Source of the DNA: Solirubrobacterales bacterium
Lineage (GTDB): Bacteria > Actinomycetota > Thermoleophilia > Solirubrobacterales > 70-9
Direction: 5' to 3'
Assembly (NCBI GenBank): GCA_036495785.1
Contig: DASXMH010000087.1
Coordinates: 176 to 64,175, forward strand
Length of the DNA stretch: 64,000 nucleotides
The notes under the pieces were generated by a model, which saw nothing but the letters and a program-made list of their open reading frames with translations, had not been told where the DNA came from and ran no database searches. The number at the start of each line of letters is the position of its first letter. Within the stretch, counting starts at the first letter, position 1. The position numbers and the translations under genes were made by a program. This document shows positions 53,848-62,789 of this stretch, piece by piece.

Positions 53848-54446
53848 GCGGGATGCGTTCACCGGTCGGCCTGCGCGGCTTCCTCGCCGCGCTCGCCCTC
53901 GCCGCGCTCGGCGCGCTGCTGATCGCCGGCTGCGGCAGTTCGGGTGGGGGGCAGGCGACCGGCACGGAGGCGAGCTCGACCAGCTCCTCCGGCTACATCG
54001 TCAAGTCACGCGACGAAGTGACCAACAGCGAAGGCTCCACCGAAATCCAGACCGCCAATTTCCCCCACGGCCAGGACACCGACGAGGTGAGCGTCACCGG
54101 CGCCAAGCCGATCAAGCCCTGCGCCCTGGTCACCAAGGCCGAGGCCAACGGCATCCTCGGCGGCAACGTCAAGATCTCAGAACACCCCCAGGGCCCCACC
54201 TGCGTCTTCAGCGGCTCGGGCCGCGAAGTCACGCTGGTGGTCATGGAAGTTCCCTTGAAACCGCTCATCGCCGCCGCCCGCCAGGCCCAGCGCATCACGA
54301 TCGCGGGCCACCGCGCCTGGTGCCTGCGCTACGAATCGACCTCCGTGGTAGTCGCCGCGGGCAAGGGCCGCGTCCTCCAAGTGACCGGCCCTTGCCCCGC
54401 CGGCGCCCGCTTCGCCGGCGCCGCCCTGCCGCGGATTCCTTCTTAG
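53844..54446 (+). CDS. lipoprotein, translationally coupled to the giant gene
   Basis: ATGA overlap at 53844-53847. The lipobox is LLIAGCGSSGG. Confidence 0.65.
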   Translation: MSGMRSPVGLRGFLAALALAALGALLIAGCGSSGGGQATGTEASSTSSSGYIVKSRDEVTNSEGSTEIQTANFPHGQDTDEVSVTGAKPIKPCALVTKAEANGILGGNVKISEHPQGPTCVFSGSGREVTLVVMEVPLKPLIAAARQAQRITIAGHRAWCLRYESTSVVVAAGKGRVLQVTGPCPAGARFAGAALPRIPS

Positions 54447-54468
54447 CTGGGCGCCTGGCCGTGTGGCA

Positions 54469-54974
54469 TCAGGTCGCCGTTTCGGCGTCCCCGTCGCAGC
54501 CCTCTTGTTTCCAGATCGTTTCTTCTCCAAAGGAGAATCGTTTGACGTCGAGGTCCCGGCGGTGCGCGAAGAGGTCGGCGTGTCCGGCGAATGCCAGGTA
54601 ACTGGACCCGGTGACGGAGTCACAGTCGGCTTTGGGAGGGAGGTGGAAATCACCTTCGATCCTGGGCCCCGGGTGCCGGTCACTCCTACTCGGCCGGCGA
54701 CCGAGAGGCCGACCTGGATGCCAAGATCGGTGGCTACCGTTCCGCTGCCTTTGATCTCGGGCTTATTCAGTTTCGAGGGTTTGAATTCATGGATGGATTT
54801 CGGCGATTCTTCGCCGATGCGTTCCGCCCCGAGGGTAATTTCGAGGGTCCAGGAGACGGAAACTTTGAACTTTCCGTCGACTTCCCCCACCGCAGCGGTC
54901 TCGATCGTCAGGAAGAGAGGCATCCATGGGTGGGAAGCGGGATTCGTATCCGTTTTAGGTGTCGCGGCCGACAC
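54469..54974 (-). pseudogene. small unknown gene with an apparent frameshift near 54665-54680
   Basis: Good GC3 coding signal runs in one frame from 54974/54923 (MPLFLTIETAAVGEVDGKFKVSVSWTLEITLG...GVTGT). It then switches to another frame (RIEGDFHLPPKADCDSVTGSSYLAFAGHADLFAHRRDLDVKRFSFGEETIWKQEGCDGDAETAT*) ending at TGA 54471-54469. The switch is at a cccggggccc run. Confidence 0.4.
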
Positions 54975-55106
54975 GTCGCTTCTCCGCGTGCCGCGAATTC
55001 GGCGCCGAATTCGGGTTTGCCTTCTTCGAGGCGCGGCGCATCTGCGGCCATGCCTGGCTCGTCTCGGTCCAAAGGTAACCGCAGGCCAAGTTGCGCCTGA
55101 GGCTTG

Positions 55107-56252
55107 TCAGCGAGGCGCGATCGCCGGGATGGCGGTCTCGATGACGCCACCGGTCTCGTCGGCACGCCACCACTGGATGTGGGCGCGGGAGGCGGCGGGG
55201 CCCTCGATGCGGATGCCGTCGACGTCGTCGACCAGGCGGAGGTCGCGGCGCTCGCGCCACCAGGCGGCGACTTCCATCGGGAGGGGGTGCCAGCAGGTGG
55301 TTTGGGAGGCGAGGTATTCGAGGAATTCCTCGTACATGCGGAGGCGGGCCGGGGTGTCGAGGTAGTCGGGGTGGATGATCGGGTTGATCAGGCCGCCCTT
55401 GGCGGCGAGCCAGTCGGACTTCTGGGTCCAGAGGTCGATGGTGTCCTGGCGGAGGATCTCCCAGAGGGTGTGGTCCTGGACGAGGGTGATCGGGAGCTCG
55501 ACCATGTCGCCGAGGAAGAAGGGGAGGATCGAGCAGCAGCCGCCGGCCAGGGGCTCGAAGGGGTCGGTGTCCGGGAAGGAGGAGTCGTAGGCCGCGCCCA
55601 GCTCCTCCTGCCAGAGGGGGTTTCGGTGGGTGGCGGGGGCGCGGAAGCCGACCGCTTCCCAATCGGCGAGGCGGCGGTGGATCTCGGGCAGCTCGGCCTC
55701 GAAGTTGGCGCGGCTCTCGAAGAGCTTGCAGTCGTGCTTGATCCCGTGGAGGCCGATCTCGAAGCCCTCCGCCCGGATGTGATCGAAGAGGCCGTCTTCG
55801 ATCAGGTACCAGTCGCCGACGAAGTTCCAGCTGGAGCGGAGGCCGTGGCGCTTCTCCAGCTCCATGATCTGCCGGACCCTGGCAACACCGGCCGGGCCCT
55901 CGACGTCGTGGGTGAGGATCGCGGCGGACTGGTGCCCTTCGGGCCAGGGGGCGATGGTGGGGATCGCGTCGGCGCCGCTTCGCTCGAGCTCGGCGCGCAG
56001 CGCGGCCGCCTGGCGCTCGACCAGGATCGGCTCGATCGGCCAGCGCGGGAACTCGACCCGCGCCTGGCGCTTCGCGTAGCGCCGCCGCAGCGCCAGCTGC
56101 ATTGACCGCGGCATCAGCGGCTTGGCGCCGTAGTAGGCCCGCATCGGCAGGGAGCGACGCTCGGCGCGCGGGCGATAGCGTTCTTCGCGCAGGCCCTGGT
56201 CGTCGAGCGCCGCGAAGCCCTCCTCCGGCGACAGGCCGACCTCAGCCGACAT
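55107..56252 (-). CDS. polysaccharide deacetylase-like protein (EPS-locus type)
   Basis: AILTHDVEGPAG..., EIGLHGIKHD and GFRAPATHRN follow the NodB-like/DVE-type deacetylase pattern. It overlaps the FemAB-like gene by 11 nt. Confidence 0.55.
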   Translation of the reverse strand: MSAEVGLSPEEGFAALDDQGLREERYRPRAERRSLPMRAYYGAKPLMPRSMQLALRRRYAKRQARVEFPRWPIEPILVERQAAALRAELERSGADAIPTIAPWPEGHQSAAILTHDVEGPAGVARVRQIMELEKRHGLRSSWNFVGDWYLIEDGLFDHIRAEGFEIGLHGIKHDCKLFESRANFEAELPEIHRRLADWEAVGFRAPATHRNPLWQEELGAAYDSSFPDTDPFEPLAGGCCSILPFFLGDMVELPITLVQDHTLWEILRQDTIDLWTQKSDWLAAKGGLINPIIHPDYLDTPARLRMYEEFLEYLASQTTCWHPLPMEVAAWWRERRDLRLVDDVDGIRIEGPAASRAHIQWWRADETGGVIETAIPAIAPR

Positions 56253-57282
56253 GGCGGTAGAGCATCTCCCCGGCCAGCCGGCCGACCACGGCGGGAGAGC
56301 GCTGGATCGTCTTCGTCATCACCCGCTCGCGCAGCGACGGCTCGCCCGCGGCGGCGGGCTCGTGCCGGGTCAGGTAGGTGTAGGAGAGCGGCAGCTCCTC
56401 GGCTCCCCAGGAGCACTTGAACCGCCGCAGGCCCTCGTTGTCGAGGTCGGTCCGCCCGAAGTCGAACTTGCGGAAGCCGTTCTCGCACGACCAGCGGATC
56501 GCTTCCAGCATCAGCAGGTTGTTGGGACGCTTCGGCAGCGCCTCCTCGGCGGACGCCCCGTACTTATAGGTGACGGTCTCGTTGTGGGACAGGAAGACGG
56601 CGGCGGCGACAGGCTCCTCGCCGTCGAGGATCAGCCAGACGGCGCCGAGGCCGGCGGCGAAGAGCTCCTCGAAGCGGGCGATGAAGCGTTTCGGCTGGGT
56701 CGGGACGCCGAGCCGCCGGCGGGTCCGCAGGTGGAGGCGGTAGAAGGCGTCGAGGGCGCCGGCGTCGGTACGGCGCTCGGCGCGAAGCCCCTCGCGGCGC
56801 GCCTTGGAGACCCCGCGGCGCAGCGACTTCGAGGCTCCCCGTTCGGCCGCGTCGGGATCGTCCGGCAGGGCCAGCTCGTGGGTGACGAAGCGCTCGCTGA
56901 CGAAGCCGCCCGGGATGCTCGGCATCGCGCCGTGGACGGTCAGCTCAAGGTTCCGCTCGGCGGCATGGGCGGCGACCGCGTCGCCCAGCGTGCCGAGCGC
57001 CTCGAGGCCGGCGCCGGCCGAGAGGACGGGGGAGCAGACGTCGGAGAAGGGGAGGGAGACGAGCCGGTTGCCGGTCAGCCGGCTGGTCACATGGGCCAGC
57101 GGCAGTCCCGCTTCGATGCCGCCCGCGCCACGCACACAGCAGGCGCTGATCTCGTAGCCGTACTGGGCTCGCAGCAGCTCCAGCCAGCGCGGGTCGTGGA
57201 AGATTTCGGAGGTCGGTGCGGCAGCGACGAACTCCGCCCAGGACGGGCTCTCAAGCGGGTTGATGAATTCGACTGATCCCAC
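56242..57282 (-). CDS. FemAB-like GNAT acyltransferase (EPS-locus type)
   Basis: Motifs include IFHDPRWLELLRAQYGYE, LVSLPFSD, KSLRRGVSKARREGL, TYKYGASAEEALPKRPNNLLMLEAIRW and FDFGRTD. Confidence 0.6.
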   Translation of the reverse strand: MGSVEFINPLESPSWAEFVAAAPTSEIFHDPRWLELLRAQYGYEISACCVRGAGGIEAGLPLAHVTSRLTGNRLVSLPFSDVCSPVLSAGAGLEALGTLGDAVAAHAAERNLELTVHGAMPSIPGGFVSERFVTHELALPDDPDAAERGASKSLRRGVSKARREGLRAERRTDAGALDAFYRLHLRTRRRLGVPTQPKRFIARFEELFAAGLGAVWLILDGEEPVAAAVFLSHNETVTYKYGASAEEALPKRPNNLLMLEAIRWSCENGFRKFDFGRTDLDNEGLRRFKCSWGAEELPLSYTYLTRHEPAAAGEPSLRERVMTKTIQRSPAVVGRLAGEMLYRHVG

Positions 57283-57319
57283 GCCCAAACAACGGCTCGC
57301 CGGCGGGCCTTCTTGCATG

Positions 57320-57352
57320 AAAAAGGCCCGTCGCCATGCCGGCCGACGGGCC
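57320..57352 (-). terminator. Rho-independent terminator after the oxidoreductase gene
   Basis: On the minus strand, ggcccgtcg / cgacgggcc forms a 9-bp stem followed by TTTTT (plus-strand aaaaa at 57320-57324). Confidence 0.6.
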
Positions 57353-57400
57353 CTCTTCAGTCGCCTGCTTCCTTCCCCGGAGGAGCAGGCCACGGCGGGG

Positions 57401-58483
57401 TCAGGAGGCCACCAGCTGTCGGCGGGTCCGCGAACGGACGTCGTCGGCAGACCGGACCTTGACCGGTTCGCCGCGAGCGTGCAGCGAGCGCTCAAGCGCC
57501 TGCAGGGCGAAGACGACTTCGAGGCCGAGCCGGGGGCTCGAAACCGGCGTGGAGCCCTCGCGGATCGCCGAGGCGAAGTCCCTGAGCTCGAGGCCCAGGG
57601 GCTCGGCCGCCTGGATCTGCGGGGCGACGATGTCGCCGGTGCGGTAGGTGAGGCGGTACTCGCCGAAGTTGGCCGGCGGCTCGGAAAAGTCGAGGCCGCG
57701 GTCGTAGATCCGCACCGCTTCGTCGGCCGAGGTGTCCTCGTACTGGACCATCCGCTGGCTGCCGACGACGACCATCTGGCGCATCTTGCGTGGCGCCAGC
57801 CAGGAGACCTGGACGTTGGCCTGCGCACCGTCCTCGAAGCACAGCGTCATGAAGGCGGTCTCGTGGACGCCGTCCTGGAAGACGCTGCGGCCGTTGGCGG
57901 TGACCTCGACCAGCGGCTTGCCGATCCAGTAGAGGAGGATCGAGAGGTCGTGCGGGGCGAGGTCGAGGATGACCCCGTCGCGCTGGTAGAGCCCGAGGTT
58001 CATGCGCGAGGAGGTGGCGAAGTAGATCTCGCCGAGCACGCCGTCGTCGATCAGGTCTTTGACCTTGTTGACGGAGGGGCTGTAGAGGAAGGTGTGACCG
58101 GGCATCAGCACCGAGCCGACCTCCTCGGCGAGCGCCACCAGCTCGGCCGCCTCGCCGGCGGTGCGGGCCAGCGGCTTCTCGACCAGCACCTGCTTGCCGG
58201 CTTCCAGGGCCTGGCGGACCAGCGAGTAATGAGTGTGGGGAGGGGTCGCGATCGCGACCGCCTCGACGTCGGGGTCGGCCAGCGCCTCGTCGAAGTTCTT
58301 GATGCTGCGGATGCCGGGCGTGCGCTTTTCGAACTCGGCGATCCTTTTTTCGTCGCGCTCACATAGAGCGACGAGCTCGAACTCGGGTCGCTCGACGATG
58401 TTGCGGACGATGTTCGGTCCCCAGTAGCCGTAACCCACGACCACGGTGCCGATCGGTGCGTTGTTTCCCTGTGGGTTGGTCAT
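57401..58483 (-). CDS. Gfo/Idh/MocA-family NAD-dependent sugar(-nucleotide) oxidoreductase
   Basis: The N-terminal Rossmann segment is VVVGYGYWGPNIVRNI. EKPLA is also present. Confidence 0.8.
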   Translation of the reverse strand: MTNPQGNNAPIGTVVVGYGYWGPNIVRNIVERPEFELVALCERDEKRIAEFEKRTPGIRSIKNFDEALADPDVEAVAIATPPHTHYSLVRQALEAGKQVLVEKPLARTAGEAAELVALAEEVGSVLMPGHTFLYSPSVNKVKDLIDDGVLGEIYFATSSRMNLGLYQRDGVILDLAPHDLSILLYWIGKPLVEVTANGRSVFQDGVHETAFMTLCFEDGAQANVQVSWLAPRKMRQMVVVGSQRMVQYEDTSADEAVRIYDRGLDFSEPPANFGEYRLTYRTGDIVAPQIQAAEPLGLELRDFASAIREGSTPVSSPRLGLEVVFALQALERSLHARGEPVKVRSADDVRSRTRRQLVAS

Positions 58484-58659
58484 ATCGGAGCAACGGACGG
58501 ACGGGCCGCAGACTTTCGAGCCCTCCTCACGACTTGGATGAAAAAAGGATGAGAGTGCTCGGCGCGGTGGATCGCGTGCGGCATGGAAGTAATGGCGTCG
58601 TCACGCGTTTTTTCAGCGAAAGCCGCCCCAATCGGCCCCTCGAGGAAAGACGAAGCCCC

Positions 58660-59481
58660 GTGACTGTCATTTCTGTCCTAAAGGAACTTTGGAAGCGTCG
58701 ACTGCTCGTCGCGCTGGCGATCGTGGTGGCCGCCGTGGCCGCGGTGGTCGCCGTTTACCAGGTGAGTCTCAACCCGCCCGGGCTCAGCAAACATTCGACG
58801 CCGAGCGCACAGGGGTCGAGCGAAGTCCTGATCGACTCGGCACGCTCGCCGATCGCCGGGTCGAAACGGAACGTCGAAGGGCTGGCCACCCGGGCCGCGG
58901 TCTTCGCCCGGTTGATGGCGAGCGGGGACATCGTCAAGGAAATCGCCAAAGAGGTCGGTGTGCCGCCGTGGGAGATCCAGGTTGCCGGGCCGCAGCCGTT
59001 CCCCGGCGAGGCCCCCGGCATCTCCGAAGCTCCGGAAACGCTTCCCTACGGCCTGACCTTCACCCAGGTGGGCGAACTGCCGATCGTCTCGATCACCAGT
59101 CGCGCACCGACCGTCCCCGAGGCGCGGGCACTTGCCGCCGCGGCGCCGCGGTCGCTGGGCGAAATGGTCAGGGAGGTCCAGAAACGGCAGAAAACCCCGG
59201 CGACCGAAAAGGTCGAGATCCGGGTGCTCGGGCCGGCGCAGGTCAGCGCGGTCGACAACGCCCCCGGCGGCAAAATTGCGCTGGTGATCTTCTTCGGGGT
59301 GCTGTTGGTCGGGATCGGGCTGATCCTCGGCGTCCCGCGGCTCGTCGCCGCCTGGCGCCGCGTCGACGACGACGAGGACGACCAGGCCGATGTCGCCGAC
59401 ATCAGCGAGCCGACCCCGACCCTGGTGATCCCACATGCCGACCCACGCGCCGAGCACCACGGCCGGGTCAGGCAGGGGTAG
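58660..59481 (+). CDS. chain-length-determinant (Wzz/PCP)-like membrane protein, paralog 1
   Basis: The N-terminal TM is LLVALAIVVAAVAAVVAV and the C-terminal TM is IALVIFFGVLLVGIGLILGV, with a soluble loop between. It is paralogous to the next gene. Confidence 0.4.
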   Translation: MTVISVLKELWKRRLLVALAIVVAAVAAVVAVYQVSLNPPGLSKHSTPSAQGSSEVLIDSARSPIAGSKRNVEGLATRAAVFARLMASGDIVKEIAKEVGVPPWEIQVAGPQPFPGEAPGISEAPETLPYGLTFTQVGELPIVSITSRAPTVPEARALAAAAPRSLGEMVREVQKRQKTPATEKVEIRVLGPAQVSAVDNAPGGKIALVIFFGVLLVGIGLILGVPRLVAAWRRVDDDEDDQADVADISEPTPTLVIPHADPRAEHHGRVRQG

Positions 59482-59487
59482 CCGATC

Positions 59488-60327
59488 ATGGAATTCTCGC
59501 GCACCCTCAAGGCCCTCTGGCATCACCGCCGGCTGGTCGGGGTCGGCATCGTCATCGCCGCGGTGGCGGCCACGCTCAGCGTCTTCCAGGTCGGGCTCTT
59601 CCCGCCCAAGCTGGCCAGCCGCACCAACGAATTCGGGACCGCCTCGACCCAGATCCTGGTCGACACGCCGGACTCCTCGTTCGCCAACCTCGCCGAGGAA
59701 GTCGACCCGCTGAACTACCGGGCCGGCGTCTTCGCTCGCTTCCTGGCGAGCCCCGAGGCGATCAACCTGATCGCCCGCGAAGCGGACCTGCCGGCCAACG
59801 CGATCGAGGCCCAGGGGCCCTACGAACAGGGCCAGCCGCTGTTCGCGATCGAACCGACCGCGGAAAAGCGGAGCACCCAGATCATCGGCGAGCGCTCCCT
59901 CTACCGGCTGCGGTTCGAGAACAACCCGAACATGCCGCTGATCACCGTCTACGCCCAGGCGCCGACCGACGAAGAGGCGCTGCGGCTCGCCGACGCCGCC
60001 CCCACGGCGCTCAAATCCTACGTACAGTCGATCCAGAACTCGCAGAACACGCCGGCGAAACGGCGGGTGACCCTGCGCGAGCTGGGCGACGCGACCGGCG
60101 GCACCGTCAATGCCGGCGCGAACGTGCAGATCGCCGTCCTCGTCTTCTTCGTCGTGCTGATCCTCTGGTGCCTGCTGCTGATCCCGGCCCACACGATCGC
60201 CCAGGGCTGGCGATCGGGGCCGGACCGCGACGACGACCGGCCGAACCGTTCGAACGGCCACAGCAACGGGGACGGCGAAGAAGCGAAACGGGCCCTGCGT
60301 CCGTACCTCGAACGCGGCACGTTCTGA
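59488..60327 (+). CDS. chain-length-determinant (Wzz/PCP)-like membrane protein, paralog 2
   Basis: It has the same architecture and alignable blocks (LWxxRRLV, VFQV.L.PP.L, AGVFARFLAS) as 58660..59481. Confidence 0.4.
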   Translation: MEFSRTLKALWHHRRLVGVGIVIAAVAATLSVFQVGLFPPKLASRTNEFGTASTQILVDTPDSSFANLAEEVDPLNYRAGVFARFLASPEAINLIAREADLPANAIEAQGPYEQGQPLFAIEPTAEKRSTQIIGERSLYRLRFENNPNMPLITVYAQAPTDEEALRLADAAPTALKSYVQSIQNSQNTPAKRRVTLRELGDATGGTVNAGANVQIAVLVFFVVLILWCLLLIPAHTIAQGWRSGPDRDDDRPNRSNGHSNGDGEEAKRALRPYLERGTF

Positions 60328-60331
60328 GCCG

Positions 60332-61714
60332 ATGAACGCGCTACAGCGCATCGACTCCTGGCCGCGCACGCGGCGCCCGCTCCCCTGGCTCTTCGCCGGC
60401 TTCCTGGCGTCGGTCTTCCTGATCCCGGTCGACGGCGTGCACATGAAGGTCAACCTGCCGTTCAGCTCCGACTACGGCCGCTTCCTGATCGCGCTGATCG
60501 TCATGGTCTGGCTCGCGGGCGTGGTGCTCAACCGGCGCACCGGGCGGATCCGGCTGCGACCGAGCGGCTGGGCGGTCGGGATCATCGTTTTCCTGGCGAT
60601 CGCGATCGCCAGCATCGTCTTCAACTATCCCCGGATCACCAACCTCGGCGAATTCTCGGTGGCGGAGAAAAAACTCTTCGTGCTGTTCGGCCTGCTCGCC
60701 GTCTTCGCGATCTTCGCGGTCTCGCTGCGGGTGACCGAGCTGCGCGCCTTCGGCGCCCTGATCGTGGTGCTGGCGACGCTGACCTCGCTCGGCACGATCT
60801 ACGAGCAGAAATCAGGCAACAACATCTTCTACTCGACCGCCTCCTCGGTCCTCTCGCCGATCGCCAACGTCGAAGCGGCGCCGACCGAAGGCGAAAAGAC
60901 CGGCCGGCCGATGATCGCCGGGCCGACCCGGCACGCGCTCTCGCTCGCCTCGCTGCTCGGCATGGCCGCCCCCTTCGCGGTCGCCTTCGCCGCCTTCTCG
61001 CCGAGCCTCAAGCGCCGTCTCCTCTGGGGGCTGCTGGCCTGCATCATCGTCAGCGGCGCGCTGGTGACCCAACGCAGGTCGGGGGTGGTGGTGCCCGCCG
61101 TGGCGGTCCTTGCCGTCTTCGCCATGCGGCCGCGGAAAATGATGCCGCTGATCCCTTACGCTCTTGTCGCGGTTGCGTTCGCGCTCGTCTTCTCAGGCGG
61201 CTCGATCAGCGCGATCGAACAGCTCACCGGCGGGGGAGACAAGGCCTCGACCGACGGCCGCACCGCCGACTACGAAGCCATGGTGCCCGAAGTGCTGTCG
61301 CATCCGGCGATCGGTCGCGGCTTCGGCACGCACAACTCGATCCTCCACGACACCTATCGGATCTTCGACAACGGCTACCTCGACCTGATCGCCGAAGTGG
61401 GCCTGCTCGGCCTCCTGGCCTGGCTGTTCATGGTCTTCCTGCCGATCTACCAGGCTCGCTACGCGGCGCGGTCCGACAATCTCCTGCGGGGGCCGCCCGC
61501 GCTTGCCGCGTCGGCTGCCCTGATCGCCTTCGCGGTGGCGTCGGCCCTCTACGACGTGCTCAGCTTCCCCCAGGCGCCGTACCTGTTCGTCTTCCTCGCG
61601 GCGATGTGCATCTCTGCCGCCTCGGTCGAACGGGTCGCCCCGGCGATCGTGGTGAGGCGGGCGGCGAACCTGGCGCGGCGGCGTCGGGCGCGGCCGGTGC
61701 CGACGACGACCTGA
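60332..61714 (+). CDS. O-antigen ligase/polymerase (Wzy_C)-family membrane protein
   Basis: About 10-12 TM segments. The loop is HPAIGRGFGTHNSILHDTYRIFDNGYLDLIAEVGLLGLL. Confidence 0.6.
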   Translation: MNALQRIDSWPRTRRPLPWLFAGFLASVFLIPVDGVHMKVNLPFSSDYGRFLIALIVMVWLAGVVLNRRTGRIRLRPSGWAVGIIVFLAIAIASIVFNYPRITNLGEFSVAEKKLFVLFGLLAVFAIFAVSLRVTELRAFGALIVVLATLTSLGTIYEQKSGNNIFYSTASSVLSPIANVEAAPTEGEKTGRPMIAGPTRHALSLASLLGMAAPFAVAFAAFSPSLKRRLLWGLLACIIVSGALVTQRRSGVVVPAVAVLAVFAMRPRKMMPLIPYALVAVAFALVFSGGSISAIEQLTGGGDKASTDGRTADYEAMVPEVLSHPAIGRGFGTHNSILHDTYRIFDNGYLDLIAEVGLLGLLAWLFMVFLPIYQARYAARSDNLLRGPPALAASAALIAFAVASALYDVLSFPQAPYLFVFLAAMCISAASVERVAPAIVVRRAANLARRRRARPVPTTT

Positions 61715-61723
61715 GCGGTCGGG

Positions 61724-62743
61724 CTAGCGGCCGCAGCCGTTCCGCGGGCTGCCGCCGTCGATGCAGATCCTCGCCAGGTTGTTGTCCCAGACGTTGCCGC
61801 GCCAGGTGCCGAACCCGGGGTAGTAGTCGGTGGCGATCCCGTAGGAGCCGGAGTTCGGGTAGTAGCCGCTCGAGTCGGGACCGCCGGCGCACGGGTGGTT
61901 GCCGCCGTCGGGTTCGAGGCCTTCCTTGGTCACGCAGCGGGCGAAGTGGTTGCCCTGGACGTTCAGGTAGCTCGAGCCCGGCTCCGAGGAGTGGGCGCAG
62001 GGGTAGAGCGTGTAGCCGCCGCCGGCCAAAAGGCTCCCCAGCACGGTGAGGCGGTTGGAGCAGTTGCTGACGTCGCTGCCACCACCGGAGTTGCCGAAGA
62101 TCACCGCCGTCTGCTCGACCGGGTTCAGCAGGGTGTCGTGGATCGCCTTGAAGTTGGTCCCTTCGAAGTAGACGTTCTCGATGTGGTCGCTGGCGATGTC
62201 GACCTTGGCGATTCCGTAGGAGTCCTTCACCGTGGTCGGGCCGACCGTGTAGAGGTTGCCGTCGCAGGCGTGCATGTAGGCCGCCACGATCCTCAGCTGG
62301 GCGCCGGTGTTGCGGATGTCCTGCTCGCAGGTCTGGCCGGGGGCGCTGCGGGTCTCGACGTGGCTGATCTTGATCCCGGTCAGTTCGGGGGCGATCCCGA
62401 TCGCGTAGTTGCCGCAGCTGCTGGTCGTGCCGCAGGTCGAGTTCTGGGTGACCCGCGTGTTTTCGATCGTGACGTCGCTGGCGCCGATTTTGATCGTGCC
62501 GGTCACGTCGAGGCCGGAGACGACGGTTCCCGGGTCGGTGATGGTGATCGAGCCGCTCGGCTTCAGCTCGACGCCGGGTTCGACGCCGGTGGTGCTCGGC
62601 GCCGGGAAGCCGCACTCACGCGGCGATTCGAAGCAGTGGGGCTGCTTGACGGGCGGGCGGTAGGGGATCTGCGGCCCCTGCGCGAAGCCGGTGGCGACGC
62701 CGATCAGCGCGACGAGCGCTGAGATGAGGATCGAGAAGGCCAT
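61724..62743 (-). CDS. secreted Cys-rich protein, probable right-handed beta-helix (glycan-active?), paralog A
   Basis: Signal peptide MAFSILISALVALIGVATGFAQG. Repeated short beta-strand motifs are present (VTGTIKIGASDVTIENTRVTQ...GNYAIGIAP...). It is highly similar to 62790..63815. Confidence 0.5.
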   Translation of the reverse strand: MAFSILISALVALIGVATGFAQGPQIPYRPPVKQPHCFESPRECGFPAPSTTGVEPGVELKPSGSITITDPGTVVSGLDVTGTIKIGASDVTIENTRVTQNSTCGTTSSCGNYAIGIAPELTGIKISHVETRSAPGQTCEQDIRNTGAQLRIVAAYMHACDGNLYTVGPTTVKDSYGIAKVDIASDHIENVYFEGTNFKAIHDTLLNPVEQTAVIFGNSGGGSDVSNCSNRLTVLGSLLAGGGYTLYPCAHSSEPGSSYLNVQGNHFARCVTKEGLEPDGGNHPCAGGPDSSGYYPNSGSYGIATDYYPGFGTWRGNVWDNNLARICIDGGSPRNGCGR

Positions 62744-62789
62744 CGGACGCAGGACGGAGTGAGCATACGCGCTCCATCCCGCGCCCGCA

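Noticed and set aside
54463-55365. 300-aa plus-strand ORF spanning the spacer and the 3' part of the deacetylase-like gene.
   Set aside because: It runs antisense to a well-supported gene and has a poor, Arg/Ser-rich translation. The minus-strand frames show the better codon bias.
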